DNA of 64,000 nt, taken from Gemmatimonadales bacterium. GTDB lineage: Bacteria > Gemmatimonadota > Gemmatimonadetes > Gemmatimonadales > GWC2-71-9. Location of the stretch: the NCBI GenBank assembly GCA_013694695.1, contig JACDBX010000015.1:4187-68186 (forward strand). The letters run 5' to 3'. The notes below the pieces were generated by a model, which had not been told where the DNA came from, searched no databases, and worked only from the letters and a program-made list of their open reading frames with translations. The translations under genes and the position numbers were made by a program. Below are positions 9,354-17,402 of the stretch, in pieces. Within the stretch, counting starts at the first letter, position 1; the number at the start of each line of letters is the position of its first letter.

Positions 9354-10447
9354 GCGAAGTAGGCCTCGATGATCCGCGCGTAAAGCGATCGCGCTGCGGT
9401 GACCTCGGAGATGTTGACCGACTCATCCGGGGTGTGCGAGCGCCGGGAAGTGCCCGGTCCGAGCTTGACGGCATCAACATGGCGCAGGAAGCACCAGTCG
9501 GAGCAGGTGGGCGATCCGTAGGTCTCCACGGTGGGGGCTGCCCGGCGAACCGCGTCGAGCAGTCGCGATGATTGTGGGGTCTCGCACGGCACCAATCGCT
9601 TCGACGTGACCACGACGTCGCAGTCGAGGCGCTCACGCAACGCGGTCTCGAGTTCGTCATGCGTCCACGCGGGCGTGGAACGGATGTCGAGCACCGCGCG
9701 CGCGGTCGGAGGCGTGACGTTCCGGGAGACGCCACCTTCGAGCATCGTCGGTGTGACGGTAGTCGCCCCAAGCACGGGGTGAATCCGTTCGCCGACGATC
9801 CCGTCCAGCTTCACGATCTCGCGGGCCAACCGGGTGATCGCGTTGCTGAAGTCTCCCGCTGACGCATACCCGGCATGCCGCTGGTCGCCGTGCGCCACGA
9901 GGTCGACCATCATCAGCCCGCGCTGCGCCACAGCCGCGTGGAGATTGGTGGGCTCGCCGATCAGCGCCGCGTCGATCCGGCCGATGAGCTCGACCGCCTG
10001 CGGCATCGTCGCGAATCGCGTTTCCTCGCCGTACGAGAAGACGGCCATGGCGCGGCCCTTGAGTGGTCCGGCAGCGGCAAGGTCGGCGATCGCCCAGAAC
10101 ATCGCACTCACCGATGCCTTCGCATCCCCCGACCCCCGGCCGTAGAGCAGGTCCCCCTCGACAACGGGATCGAATGGATCGCGGCTCCATCCCTCGCCCG
10201 GAGGGACCACGTCCAGGTGCGAAGCCAGGACCACGGTCGGGCCAAGCCACGCATCACCTATGCTGATACGGACCGACGTGTCGTCGCGCACCACGTCGAG
10301 GCCGGCCTCGCGCGCTGCCTGCTCCACCATGACGGCCGCGTCCCCCTCGGCGCCGCTCACCGAGGGAATCGCGACCAGATCGCGAAGGAAGTCGATTTCA
10401 GTCAGCGAGGTCGACCCCGATGTATGTGGCCTTCTCCTTCCGGCCAA
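9350..10447 (-). CDS. argE: M20-family deacylase (acetylornithine/acetylcitrulline deacetylase ArgE-like)
   Basis: LRDLVAIPSVSG, ASHLDVVP, GRGSGDAK. ATGA overlap with the argH start. ATG 10447 overlaps the argB 3' end by 50 nt, so the start is not secure. Confidence 0.75.
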   Translation of the reverse strand: MAGRRRPHTSGSTSLTEIDFLRDLVAIPSVSGAEGDAAVMVEQAAREAGLDVVRDDTSVRISIGDAWLGPTVVLASHLDVVPPGEGWSRDPFDPVVEGDLLYGRGSGDAKASVSAMFWAIADLAAAGPLKGRAMAVFSYGEETRFATMPQAVELIGRIDAALIGEPTNLHAAVAQRGLMMVDLVAHGDQRHAGYASAGDFSNAITRLAREIVKLDGIVGERIHPVLGATTVTPTMLEGGVSRNVTPPTARAVLDIRSTPAWTHDELETALRERLDCDVVVTSKRLVPCETPQSSRLLDAVRRAAPTVETYGSPTCSDWCFLRHVDAVKLGPGTSRRSHTPDESVNISEVTAARSLYARIIEAYFA

Positions 10448-11333
10448 CGATCATCGTTCCACATCCGGCGCCCGTGAACATCTCCATCAGCAGCGCATCG
10501 GGGGTGCGGCCATCGACAATGTGCGTCCTTTCCACGCCGCCTGTTGCGGCGCGAATGCACGCCTCGACCTTGGGGCGCATCCCGCCGGCCAACGCGCCAC
10601 TCGCCATCAACTCGGCGAGGTCATCGGGATCGGCGAAGGTCACCAGCGTCGATGGATCGTCGCGGTCCCGCAGCACCCCCGGGGCGCCGGTAAGGAAGAT
10701 GAGCTTCTGCGCGCCCAGCGCGATGGCGAGGGATTCTGCCACGGTGTCGGCGTTGACGTTGTAGACCCCGCCCTCATCATCCCCGGCGAGCGATGAGACC
10801 ACCGGGACGAACCGCGCGTCCATGAGGGTGCGCAGGATCCGCGGATCAACCTTGTCGATGTCACCGACATGCCCGTAGTCGACCACATGCTCGGCACCGT
10901 CGTCACCAACGACCCGCACCGGCGGCCGCCGGTGCGCCGTCAGGAGGTCGGCGTCGACGCCCGACAGTCCGGTTGCCTGTACCCCGTGGCTCCTGAGCGC
11001 CGAGACGAGCGACGTGCTGAGCAGCCCACGGTACACCATCTTGGCCACGTCAAGGGCATCGTCGTCGGTGACCCGCCGGCCAGCGACCATCCGTGGCTCG
11101 CGCCCCAGCCGACGCGAGAGCGCACTGGCCTGCGGTCCGCCCCCGTGCACCACCACGATCCGGATTGAAAGCGACCACAGGAGCGCAAGCTGCTCGGCAA
11201 CCTGATCGAGGTAGTGCTGATCGCCCAGCACGTCGCCCCCGAGCTTGACCACGAAGACGTGATCTCGGTAGGCGCGCACATAGCGCAGCGCGCCCTTGAG
11301 TCCGGCAATTCCCTTGTTGGTATCGAGCGCCAT
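10398..11333 (-). CDS. argB: acetylglutamate kinase (kinase domain only, no GNAT extension)
   Basis: 311 aa. VVKLGGDVL, VVVHGGGPQ, NVNADT motifs of the amino-acid kinase family. Confidence 0.9.
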   Translation of the reverse strand: MALDTNKGIAGLKGALRYVRAYRDHVFVVKLGGDVLGDQHYLDQVAEQLALLWSLSIRIVVVHGGGPQASALSRRLGREPRMVAGRRVTDDDALDVAKMVYRGLLSTSLVSALRSHGVQATGLSGVDADLLTAHRRPPVRVVGDDGAEHVVDYGHVGDIDKVDPRILRTLMDARFVPVVSSLAGDDEGGVYNVNADTVAESLAIALGAQKLIFLTGAPGVLRDRDDPSTLVTFADPDDLAELMASGALAGGMRPKVEACIRAATGGVERTHIVDGRTPDALLMEMFTGAGCGTMIVGRKEKATYIGVDLAD

Positions 11334-11366
11334 GAGTGAATCCAGCCGTTTGAGTGGTCGGGTGTG

Positions 11367-12374
11367 CTAGCCGATGAGTTCGAGCAGCAGGCCGCGCTGT
11401 GCATGAAGGCGATTCTCCGCCTGGTCGATCACGGCGCTGTTGGGTCCGTCGAGCACCTCGCCATCGATCTCGACATTCCGCCGCACCGGCAGGCAGTGCA
11501 TCGCGATGCCGCGGCCGCCCTCGGTCGAGCGCATGCGCGCCTGGGTCAGCCGCCAGTCGCGTTGTCCCTCGCGCAGTGCCCGCTCGTCGTCGGGGCGCCC
11601 GAAGTGCCCAAGCGACCCCCACGATTTCGGGTAGATCGCGTGGGCACCGTCGATCGCGTCGTCGAGGTCGTCGGTTACAGTGAGCGAACCGCCCCGGCGC
11701 GTCGCAAGTTCATCGATCGCCCGGTAGTCATCGGGGTCAAGATCGAACCCCGGAGGCCGCGCCACGATCACGTCCATGCCGAGGTGCGCGGCCGCGATGC
11801 CGGCGCTTGCGGGCACCGCCGTCGGCAGTGCCTTCGGGTGCCACGCCCACATGAGCACGAACTTCTTCTCCTGGGTCTCGCCCAGCTGCTCACGAAGCGT
11901 CATTGCATCCGCCAGGCCCTGGCAGGGGTGTCGCCGCGACGACTCGAGGTTGATCACCGGCTTCTCGCAGAAACGTGCAAAGTTGCGGATCACATGATCC
12001 TCGCGTTCCACCGACCAATCGCCGCCCTTTGGGAACACCCGGACAGCGAGCGCATCGGCGTAGCGCCCCAGCACGCGGGCGGCCTCGATGATGTGCTCGA
12101 CGCTTGCCCCATCCATCACCACGTCGAGATCGGTTTCGAGCGTCCAGCTGCCGCGGCCGGGTTCGAGCGCGATGGCATGACCGCCGTGAAGGAACATCGC
12201 CGTCTCCATTGAGGCACGGGTGCGCAACGATGGATCCATGAACATCATGGCAAGCACTCGGCGGGTGAGGCCACCGGTGATCTCGCCGCGCTTGCACCGG
12301 GCCGCGATCTCGAGTACGTGATCAATCAGGTCCGGCTCCCAGTCCTCCATCGCGAGGAAGTCGCGCTTGGTCAT
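11367..12374 (-). CDS. argF': N-acyl-L-ornithine carbamoyltransferase (ArgF' type, probably N-acetylornithine)
   Basis: Start at MTKRDF (Met14). SLRTRAS, HPCQ, HCLPVRRN. Long stretches resemble my recollection of the Xanthomonas AOTCase (VMDG..EH..E.ARVLGRY.D...VR.FPK..DW..DRED, YPKSWG, DQAENRLH) rather than canonical OTCase. Confidence 0.75.
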   Translation of the reverse strand: MTKRDFLAMEDWEPDLIDHVLEIAARCKRGEITGGLTRRVLAMMFMDPSLRTRASMETAMFLHGGHAIALEPGRGSWTLETDLDVVMDGASVEHIIEAARVLGRYADALAVRVFPKGGDWSVEREDHVIRNFARFCEKPVINLESSRRHPCQGLADAMTLREQLGETQEKKFVLMWAWHPKALPTAVPASAGIAAAHLGMDVIVARPPGFDLDPDDYRAIDELATRRGGSLTVTDDLDDAIDGAHAIYPKSWGSLGHFGRPDDERALREGQRDWRLTQARMRSTEGGRGIAMHCLPVRRNVEIDGEVLDGPNSAVIDQAENRLHAQRGLLLELIG

Positions 12375-13525
12375 GTCAGCACCCTCCCAAGTCCTGCGAG
12401 CAGGAGTTCGCATTCGGCGATCGAGAATGACAGCGGCGGAAGCAACCGCAGCGTGCGTGGGTCGGTCGAGGTGCCGGTGAGTATGCGATGCGCCCAGAGC
12501 GCGCGCTGCACATCGGCGGCGGGTCGGTCGAGCTCCAGCCCGAGGAGGCAGCCCATCCCATGCACGCGGTTGACAGCGGGCAATGCAGTTGCTCCCGAAG
12601 TGAGGAACTCCCCGACCGTGCGTGCGTTGGCCAGAAGATTCTCGCGATCCATGACTGCGAGGTTTGCCAGCGCTGCGGCGCAGGGCACTGGTCCACCCCC
12701 GAAGGTCGAGCCGAGGTCACCGATGGCCAGGTCATCCACCAGCGAGCCCGCGGCGATCACGGCGCCGATCGGCAGGCCTGACGCCAGCCCCTTCGCCATC
12801 GAAAGCGCGTCCGGCACCACGCCCATCATCTCTGCCGCAGTGAAAGTCCCCAGCCGTCCGGAGCCGCACTGCACCTCGTCGTAAAGCAAGACGGCACCAA
12901 CCTCGTCGCACCGTGACCGAACCGCCTCGAGGAACTCGCGAGTCGCCACCCGGGCGCCGCTGAATCCCTGCACCGGTTCCAGTAGCACTGCCGCAACGGT
13001 TTCATCGACCGCCGCGCGCATCGCCGCGACGTCGTTGAACGGAACGCGACGGGAGAGCGGCACGCCGGCGCGCTGCGCCCCCGCTTCGTAGCGTGCTCCA
13101 TCGGTGCACGCCAGCGTCGCCGCGGTGCGGCCATGCCAGCCACCGAGCATCGTGACGATGGTGGTGCGGCCGGTGCGACGGCGCGCGAGCCCCAGCAGGT
13201 TCTCGTTTGCCTCTGCACCCGAGTTGCAGAAGAAGACCCTCGAAAGCGGATCGGGCGCGCGTGACGCGAGTTCCTCGGCAAGCTGCTCCCGCGCGGGATG
13301 CGGGACCGCAGTCGAATAGAACAGCAACTTGGCAGCCTGTCGCGAGATCGCCTCGACCACGTCAGGGTGTGAGTGACCACAGGTGGCCACTGCGTGCCCG
13401 CCATACGCATCGAGCCACTCGTTCCCTTGCTCATCGACCAGCCACGAACCGTGGCCCGATGCCGCACGAAGGGGGAACGTGGCATATACCGGGAGCAGCG
13501 CCGGCACATCGACATCAGTCAGCAT
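12371..13525 (-). CDS. argD: acetylornithine aminotransferase (class III PLP)
   Basis: Start at MLTDVDVPALLPVY (Met38). YDEVQCG, SMAKGLASGLPIG (PLP Lys). ATGA overlap with argF'. Confidence 0.85.
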   Translation of the reverse strand: MLTDVDVPALLPVYATFPLRAASGHGSWLVDEQGNEWLDAYGGHAVATCGHSHPDVVEAISRQAAKLLFYSTAVPHPAREQLAEELASRAPDPLSRVFFCNSGAEANENLLGLARRRTGRTTIVTMLGGWHGRTAATLACTDGARYEAGAQRAGVPLSRRVPFNDVAAMRAAVDETVAAVLLEPVQGFSGARVATREFLEAVRSRCDEVGAVLLYDEVQCGSGRLGTFTAAEMMGVVPDALSMAKGLASGLPIGAVIAAGSLVDDLAIGDLGSTFGGGPVPCAAALANLAVMDRENLLANARTVGEFLTSGATALPAVNRVHGMGCLLGLELDRPAADVQRALWAHRILTGTSTDPRTLRLLPPLSFSIAECELLLAGLGRVLT

Positions 13526-14556
13526 GGAAACGATCCTGGAGCAAGAAGTCCGGCGCGCTCGTCGAGGCCGAGCGCGAGGTTCATGGCCTGGACGGCCTGT
13601 CCGCCGGCGCCCTTGATCAGGTTGTCGAGGACGCACATCACCTGCACTTCGCTGCCGTCGTCCGATGCGACGGCATGCAGCGCCGCCACGTTCGATCCGA
13701 TTACGTGGGTCAGTTCGGGCGGGCGGGCGGTCACGCGCACGAACGGCCGACCCGCGAACCGGGCCGCTACGTGCTCATTGATCGCGGCGGCGGTCGCCCG
13801 CCCCTCCGGCGCCACAGACACGTGGAGCGTCGCGTGGATGCCCCGCACAAAGGGACCCGCATGTGGCATGAGACGGGCGTGCGCCGCAGCATCGTTGCGC
13901 CACCGCCGCCACTGCTCGAGAATCTCGCCCTCGTGGCGGTGTGACATCGCGCCGTATGCGAACATGTTGTGGGCGCGCGCAGGATGATGCGTGGTCGGTT
14001 TCGGCGACTGCCCGGCGCCGCTCGATCCCGTGACGGCAAAGATCGCCGGGGTCGACGCGAGCGGCAGCGCGGCGATCGAATACAGTGCCAACTGGGCCGC
14101 GGTCACGAAGCAGCCTGGGGCGGCGATCGCCCGGGCACCACGCAGTGCGATCCCCTCAACGTCGGCCAGGCCGTACCGAAACCGGTGCACCATTTCTGCA
14201 GCCGGATGATCTCCGTAATGGCGAGCGTGCATCGCGCCGTCCTGGATGCGGAAGTCGGCGGCAAGGTCGATCACGAGCCCCGGCCCGGCATCGATGATCG
14301 ATCCCATCATCCCGCCCGACTCACCGTGCTCCAGCGCGAGGAACACGACATCGCGGCCGCGGGCCATATCGGCCGGTGCATGCGCGGCAAAGCGCGCGTC
14401 GGTGAGGAGCGCGAGCGAAGGATGGAGGTCGGCGATCGGCTTGCCGGCCTGTGATCGCGAGGTCGCGACCACCTCGGTGATGTCGGGGTGCTGCAGAACG
14501 AGTCGCAGCAGCTCACCGCCGACATAGCCGGCACCGCCCAGCACGGCGACCTTCAT
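13519..14556 (-). CDS. argC: N-acetyl-gamma-glutamyl-phosphate reductase
   Basis: MKVAVLGGAGYVGGELLRL, AAPGCFVTA (active-site Cys). Its 3' end overlaps the argD start by 7 nt. Confidence 0.85.
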   Translation of the reverse strand: MKVAVLGGAGYVGGELLRLVLQHPDITEVVATSRSQAGKPIADLHPSLALLTDARFAAHAPADMARGRDVVFLALEHGESGGMMGSIIDAGPGLVIDLAADFRIQDGAMHARHYGDHPAAEMVHRFRYGLADVEGIALRGARAIAAPGCFVTAAQLALYSIAALPLASTPAIFAVTGSSGAGQSPKPTTHHPARAHNMFAYGAMSHRHEGEILEQWRRWRNDAAAHARLMPHAGPFVRGIHATLHVSVAPEGRATAAAINEHVAARFAGRPFVRVTARPPELTHVIGSNVAALHAVASDDGSEVQVMCVLDNLIKGAGGQAVQAMNLALGLDERAGLLAPGSFPC

Positions 14557-14786
14557 TTCCCGCCGCGCCCGGCGTGCCATGCTTCCAGCGCGTTGCGCAC
14601 GCGATCCACCATACCCTCGGCGTCGCGTCGCGCGTTGTGAGCCGGAAGCCGGAGGCTTGCCGTGATGTAATCGCGCCCCACGGAATTGTCGGTCGCCGGG
14701 CCGGTGATCAGCGTGATCGGAAGCGAGAAATCACGGGTCATCAATTCCCGCGCGCCCCAGCAGCCCACCGGATCCGGGGCCGCCAT
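14553..14786 (-). CDS. hypothetical 77-aa protein (possibly the C-terminal continuation of the upstream P-loop ORF)
   Basis: ATG at 14786-14784 overlaps the upstream TGA (TGATG). Its own TGA overlaps the argC ATG (ATGA). No motif recognised. Confidence 0.45.
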   Translation of the reverse strand: MAAPDPVGCWGARELMTRDFSLPITLITGPATDNSVGRDYITASLRLPAHNARRDAEGMVDRVRNALEAWHAGRGGK

Positions 14787-15637
14787 CACCCAGGCGCCCC
14801 GAGCTCCATCAGGTCGGGCGCGCGAAGGATGTCCTGTACCCCATACTCACCCAGGATTCCGTCACCCAGTTCCGCGACGATCACGTCGGGGCGTGGGCCG
14901 AGTGGCGCGGCGAGGCGATTGAGCAGGCCGCGGGCCACCGGCACCGTCATCCCGGCGTGGGTGCTGGCGGCGCCGGCGTCATTGAAGGTGAGCGCGGCGA
15001 CTGCGCCGGCGTCCTGCATCGACAACGCGTCTCGCATCAGTGAAACACCGGTGAGCTTCAGCGCGCCCACTCGCATGCCGCTGCGGGCCAATCCGCGCAC
15101 CAGTTCGGTGGCGGCGACGGTCTTTCCCGAATTCATGCACGTCCCGACCACGTACACGACCGGGATGTCGCAGGCGAGCGTTTCAGCGGGGGGCACCGAG
15201 TGATCGCTGATGTGTGACGGCCGACCGACCCGGTCGCCCAGTTCGGGGAACGAGAGCACGGCGCCGAGCACCTCGGCCTGGAACGGCGGACCGATGTCGG
15301 GATTGATCGACGTGCAGCGCCCAAGAATGCCGCCGAGGTTCAGCACGTCGATGGCGTCGCCCACCGCAATCGTCGACGGCACGTCGCCGGCATAGCCGCG
15401 CAGCGCGCGGCGCACACCGAGTGTCCCCGCAAGGACGTCACCGGAACGCAGCGACACCATGCGCCCCGTGGTGTCCTCGAGGGTATTGTAGGTGCTCTTG
15501 TCGCTCACGATCCGCACCGCGAGGATGTAGCCCTCGGCCGCGATGATCTCGTCACCGACGATCACCTCGCTGGTGAGGCCGGCATTCCTCGTCGACGATG
15601 CAATCCGGTCGAGCGTCAACCTCGTGGTCACCACCAT
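14786..15637 (-). CDS. uncharacterised P-loop protein (DUF1611 / dethiobiotin-synthase-like NTP-binding fold?) with a beta-rich N-terminal domain of about 145 aa
   Basis: 283 aa. VVGTCMNSGKTVAATEL (GxxxxGKT, about 15119-15145). ATG abuts the argG TAG stop (TAGATG at 15640-15635). Confidence 0.6.
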   Translation of the reverse strand: MVVTTRLTLDRIASSTRNAGLTSEVIVGDEIIAAEGYILAVRIVSDKSTYNTLEDTTGRMVSLRSGDVLAGTLGVRRALRGYAGDVPSTIAVGDAIDVLNLGGILGRCTSINPDIGPPFQAEVLGAVLSFPELGDRVGRPSHISDHSVPPAETLACDIPVVYVVGTCMNSGKTVAATELVRGLARSGMRVGALKLTGVSLMRDALSMQDAGAVAALTFNDAGAASTHAGMTVPVARGLLNRLAAPLGPRPDVIVAELGDGILGEYGVQDILRAPDLMELGAPG

Positions 15638-16846
15638 CTACCCCTCCTCACTGCGTGCGCGGGACTCGGCACGCATCGCCAGCAACTCCGGAATTGCGCC
15701 GACCCGGGCGAACGCCTTCGACTCGTCACCCGTCCAAAGGTGATTCTCCTCGCCGTAGGTCGCCACGGCGGGATCCATCATCGAGAAGGGTGATCGGGCG
15801 CCGGTCACCGCGAAACGCCCGCGCGCGAGGTGCACCCGCGTCTCTCCCTCCACTCGCTGCTGCGAAGACTTCACCATCGCCTCGATGTCACGCAACGCAG
15901 GATCGAAGTAATGACCCTCGTGCAAGCGGTCGCCGTAGAATCGGCCGAGCTGATCCTTCCAGAAGGCCTGCCATTTGGTGAGCACGAGCTTCTCGAGCTC
16001 GCGGTGCGCAGCGATCAGGATGAGCGCACTGCCCGCCTCGAATCCGATCCGGCCCTTGATGCCGAGCGCGGTCTCGCCCACATGAATGCCATGCCCGATG
16101 CCGTACAACGCCGCACGATCACTGAGCGCGTCGACGAGCTCGTGCCCGCTCATCGCGGTGCCGTCCAGCGACACGGGGACGCCCTCCTTCCACCCGATGA
16201 CCACATCGGCCGGGGGCGGGGCGAATTCGGCCGGATCGAGCAGTTCGGGAGGGGGCGGGGCCCACGTGTCGTGGGTCCATCCCCCGCCCCAGGTGGTTCC
16301 CCAGAGGCCGCGGTTCACCGAGAACGCCCCCGATTTCGGCGGCACCGGGAGCTCGCGCGCCTCGAGGTACGCGATCGACTGCTCGCGCGTCAGGGACTCC
16401 TCGCGGATCGGGGTCACGATCTCCATCTCGGGCGCGAGGACGCGCAGCGCGATGTCGAACCGCACCTGGTCGTTGCCGGCGCCGGTGGACCCGTGCGCGA
16501 TCGCGGCAGCGCCGATGCGCCGCGCCACGTCGATCACCGAGATCGCCTGCTGGGTGCGCTCGGCGGCGACCGAAAGCGGGTAGACCTCGCCGCGGAGCAC
16601 GTTCGCCTGGATCAACACCTTCACGAAACGATCGAACACCGCCTCGCGGGCATCGACCTCGTGGTGCTCGGCGGCACCGACCGCCATGGCCTGCGCCCGG
16701 ATCGCCGCGCACGCCTCGGTGGAAGTGCCACCGGTGTTGACGAACACGGTGTGCACCACGAATCCTCGCTCGGCGAGCCGTGGAACGCAGTACGAAGTAT
16801 CAAGCCCGCCGGAGAAGGCGAGGGCCAGTATCGGCTGAGATTGCAT
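15638..16846 (-). CDS. argG: argininosuccinate synthase
   Basis: ALAFSGGLDTSYC (PP-loop), GSTGAGNDQVRF. 402 aa. Confidence 0.9.
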   Translation of the reverse strand: MQSQPILALAFSGGLDTSYCVPRLAERGFVVHTVFVNTGGTSTEACAAIRAQAMAVGAAEHHEVDAREAVFDRFVKVLIQANVLRGEVYPLSVAAERTQQAISVIDVARRIGAAAIAHGSTGAGNDQVRFDIALRVLAPEMEIVTPIREESLTREQSIAYLEARELPVPPKSGAFSVNRGLWGTTWGGGWTHDTWAPPPPELLDPAEFAPPPADVVIGWKEGVPVSLDGTAMSGHELVDALSDRAALYGIGHGIHVGETALGIKGRIGFEAGSALILIAAHRELEKLVLTKWQAFWKDQLGRFYGDRLHEGHYFDPALRDIEAMVKSSQQRVEGETRVHLARGRFAVTGARSPFSMMDPAVATYGEENHLWTGDESKAFARVGAIPELLAMRAESRARSEEG

Positions 16847-16848
16847 AG

Positions 16849-16862
16849 TGCATAATTATGCA
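16849..16862. promoter_or_regulatory. ARG-box-like operator (perfect 14-bp palindrome TGCATAATTATGCA)
   Basis: Read directly. It lies 2 nt upstream of the argG ATG and resembles the ARG-box core TGAAT(A/T)4ATTCA. A partial repeat TGCATAG lies next to it and overlaps the ATG. Confidence 0.6.
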
Positions 16863-16883
16863 GTAACCGCAAGCGTCGCGCAA
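16855..16883 (-). promoter_or_regulatory. putative sigma-70-type promoter of the arg operon (-35 TTGCGC, 17-nt spacer, -10 CATAAT)
   Basis: Minus strand reads TTGCGC-N17-CATAAT-TATGCACT-ATG. The -10 ends 8 nt before the ATG, which predicts a leaderless or near-leaderless transcript. The -10 lies inside the palindrome. Confidence 0.35.
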
Positions 16884-17316
16884 GGGCGCGGCGCGGCGCG
16901 TCCTACCTTCCGGTTCACGGCAAGCCAAGCCGTCGACGTTGCCGTGTCGTTGCTGCCTGACACGGTGACGCGCAACCGGTAACGGCCGGGAGCGAGTTCG
17001 CCCAGGCCCACGGTGCGCAGGACTTCCTCGCGAGCGGTCCGGGCATCGGCGCGAAAGGCGAGTGCGAGCTTCGGTGGCTTGTCCTCCTCACCGGCCTTGA
17101 AGAACTCCAGCCGGGTCGCGTAGCGATCCTGCCCGACCTGCCATCGCTAAGCAGCGCGCTTGCACGGCTGCGACGCTGCGCGTCGAGTCGATCGAACCGA
17201 GCGCCCCAAACACTAAACCGAGTGCGGTGCGTACCTCGGGGGACTGTGCGCTCACCAGGCGGGGCTGGCCCACGACCATCGCCGTCAACAGCAAAACTGC
17301 GAGGCAAGCGCGCATG
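16856..17316 (-). pseudogene. frameshifted gene for a small secreted protein
   Basis: Frame A: MRACLAVLLLTAMVVGQPRLVSAQSPE... (signal peptide), ends at TGA 17088. The next frame, open from TAG 17147-17149, reads RWQVGQDRYATRLEFFKAGEEDKPPKLALAFRADARTAREEVLRTVGLGELAPGRYRLRVTVSGSNDTATSTAWLAVNR..., is protein-like and has no start codon. Stop TAA at 16856-16858. Confidence 0.45.
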
Positions 17317-17353
17317 GGAATCACTCGGTCGGGAGATGGCCAGAATGACACGA

Positions 17354-17379
17354 GGCGGCAACGCGCTAACGTTACCGCC
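17354..17379 (-). terminator. possible hairpin terminator after the GWxTD gene
   Basis: GGCGGCAACG / CGTTACCGCC, 10-bp stem with one mismatch. No clear U-tract. Confidence 0.3.
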
Positions 17380-17402
17380 CCATCACAGCTCTCGCCATCA
17401 GG

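Noticed and set aside
14784-14790. TGA between the 283-aa and 77-aa ORFs, considered as a selenocysteine or read-through codon
   Set aside because: The downstream ORF is in a different frame (TGATG overlap), so simple read-through would not join them. A frameshift or a genuine two-gene arrangement is more likely.
17188-17200. GGTTCGATC-like sequence (minus strand), checked as a possible tRNA T-loop. A general scan for tRNA, rRNA and tmRNA was also made.
   Set aside because: No acceptor or anticodon stems can be drawn around it, and it lies inside the frameshifted ORF. No tRNA-like GGTTCGAATCC or rRNA-like segments were found anywhere in the window.
16915-17361. 148-aa minus-strand ORF from the track
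   Set aside because: Arg/Ser/Pro-rich with no signal peptide. The other two frames together give a signal peptide plus a protein-like C-domain (see the pseudogene call).
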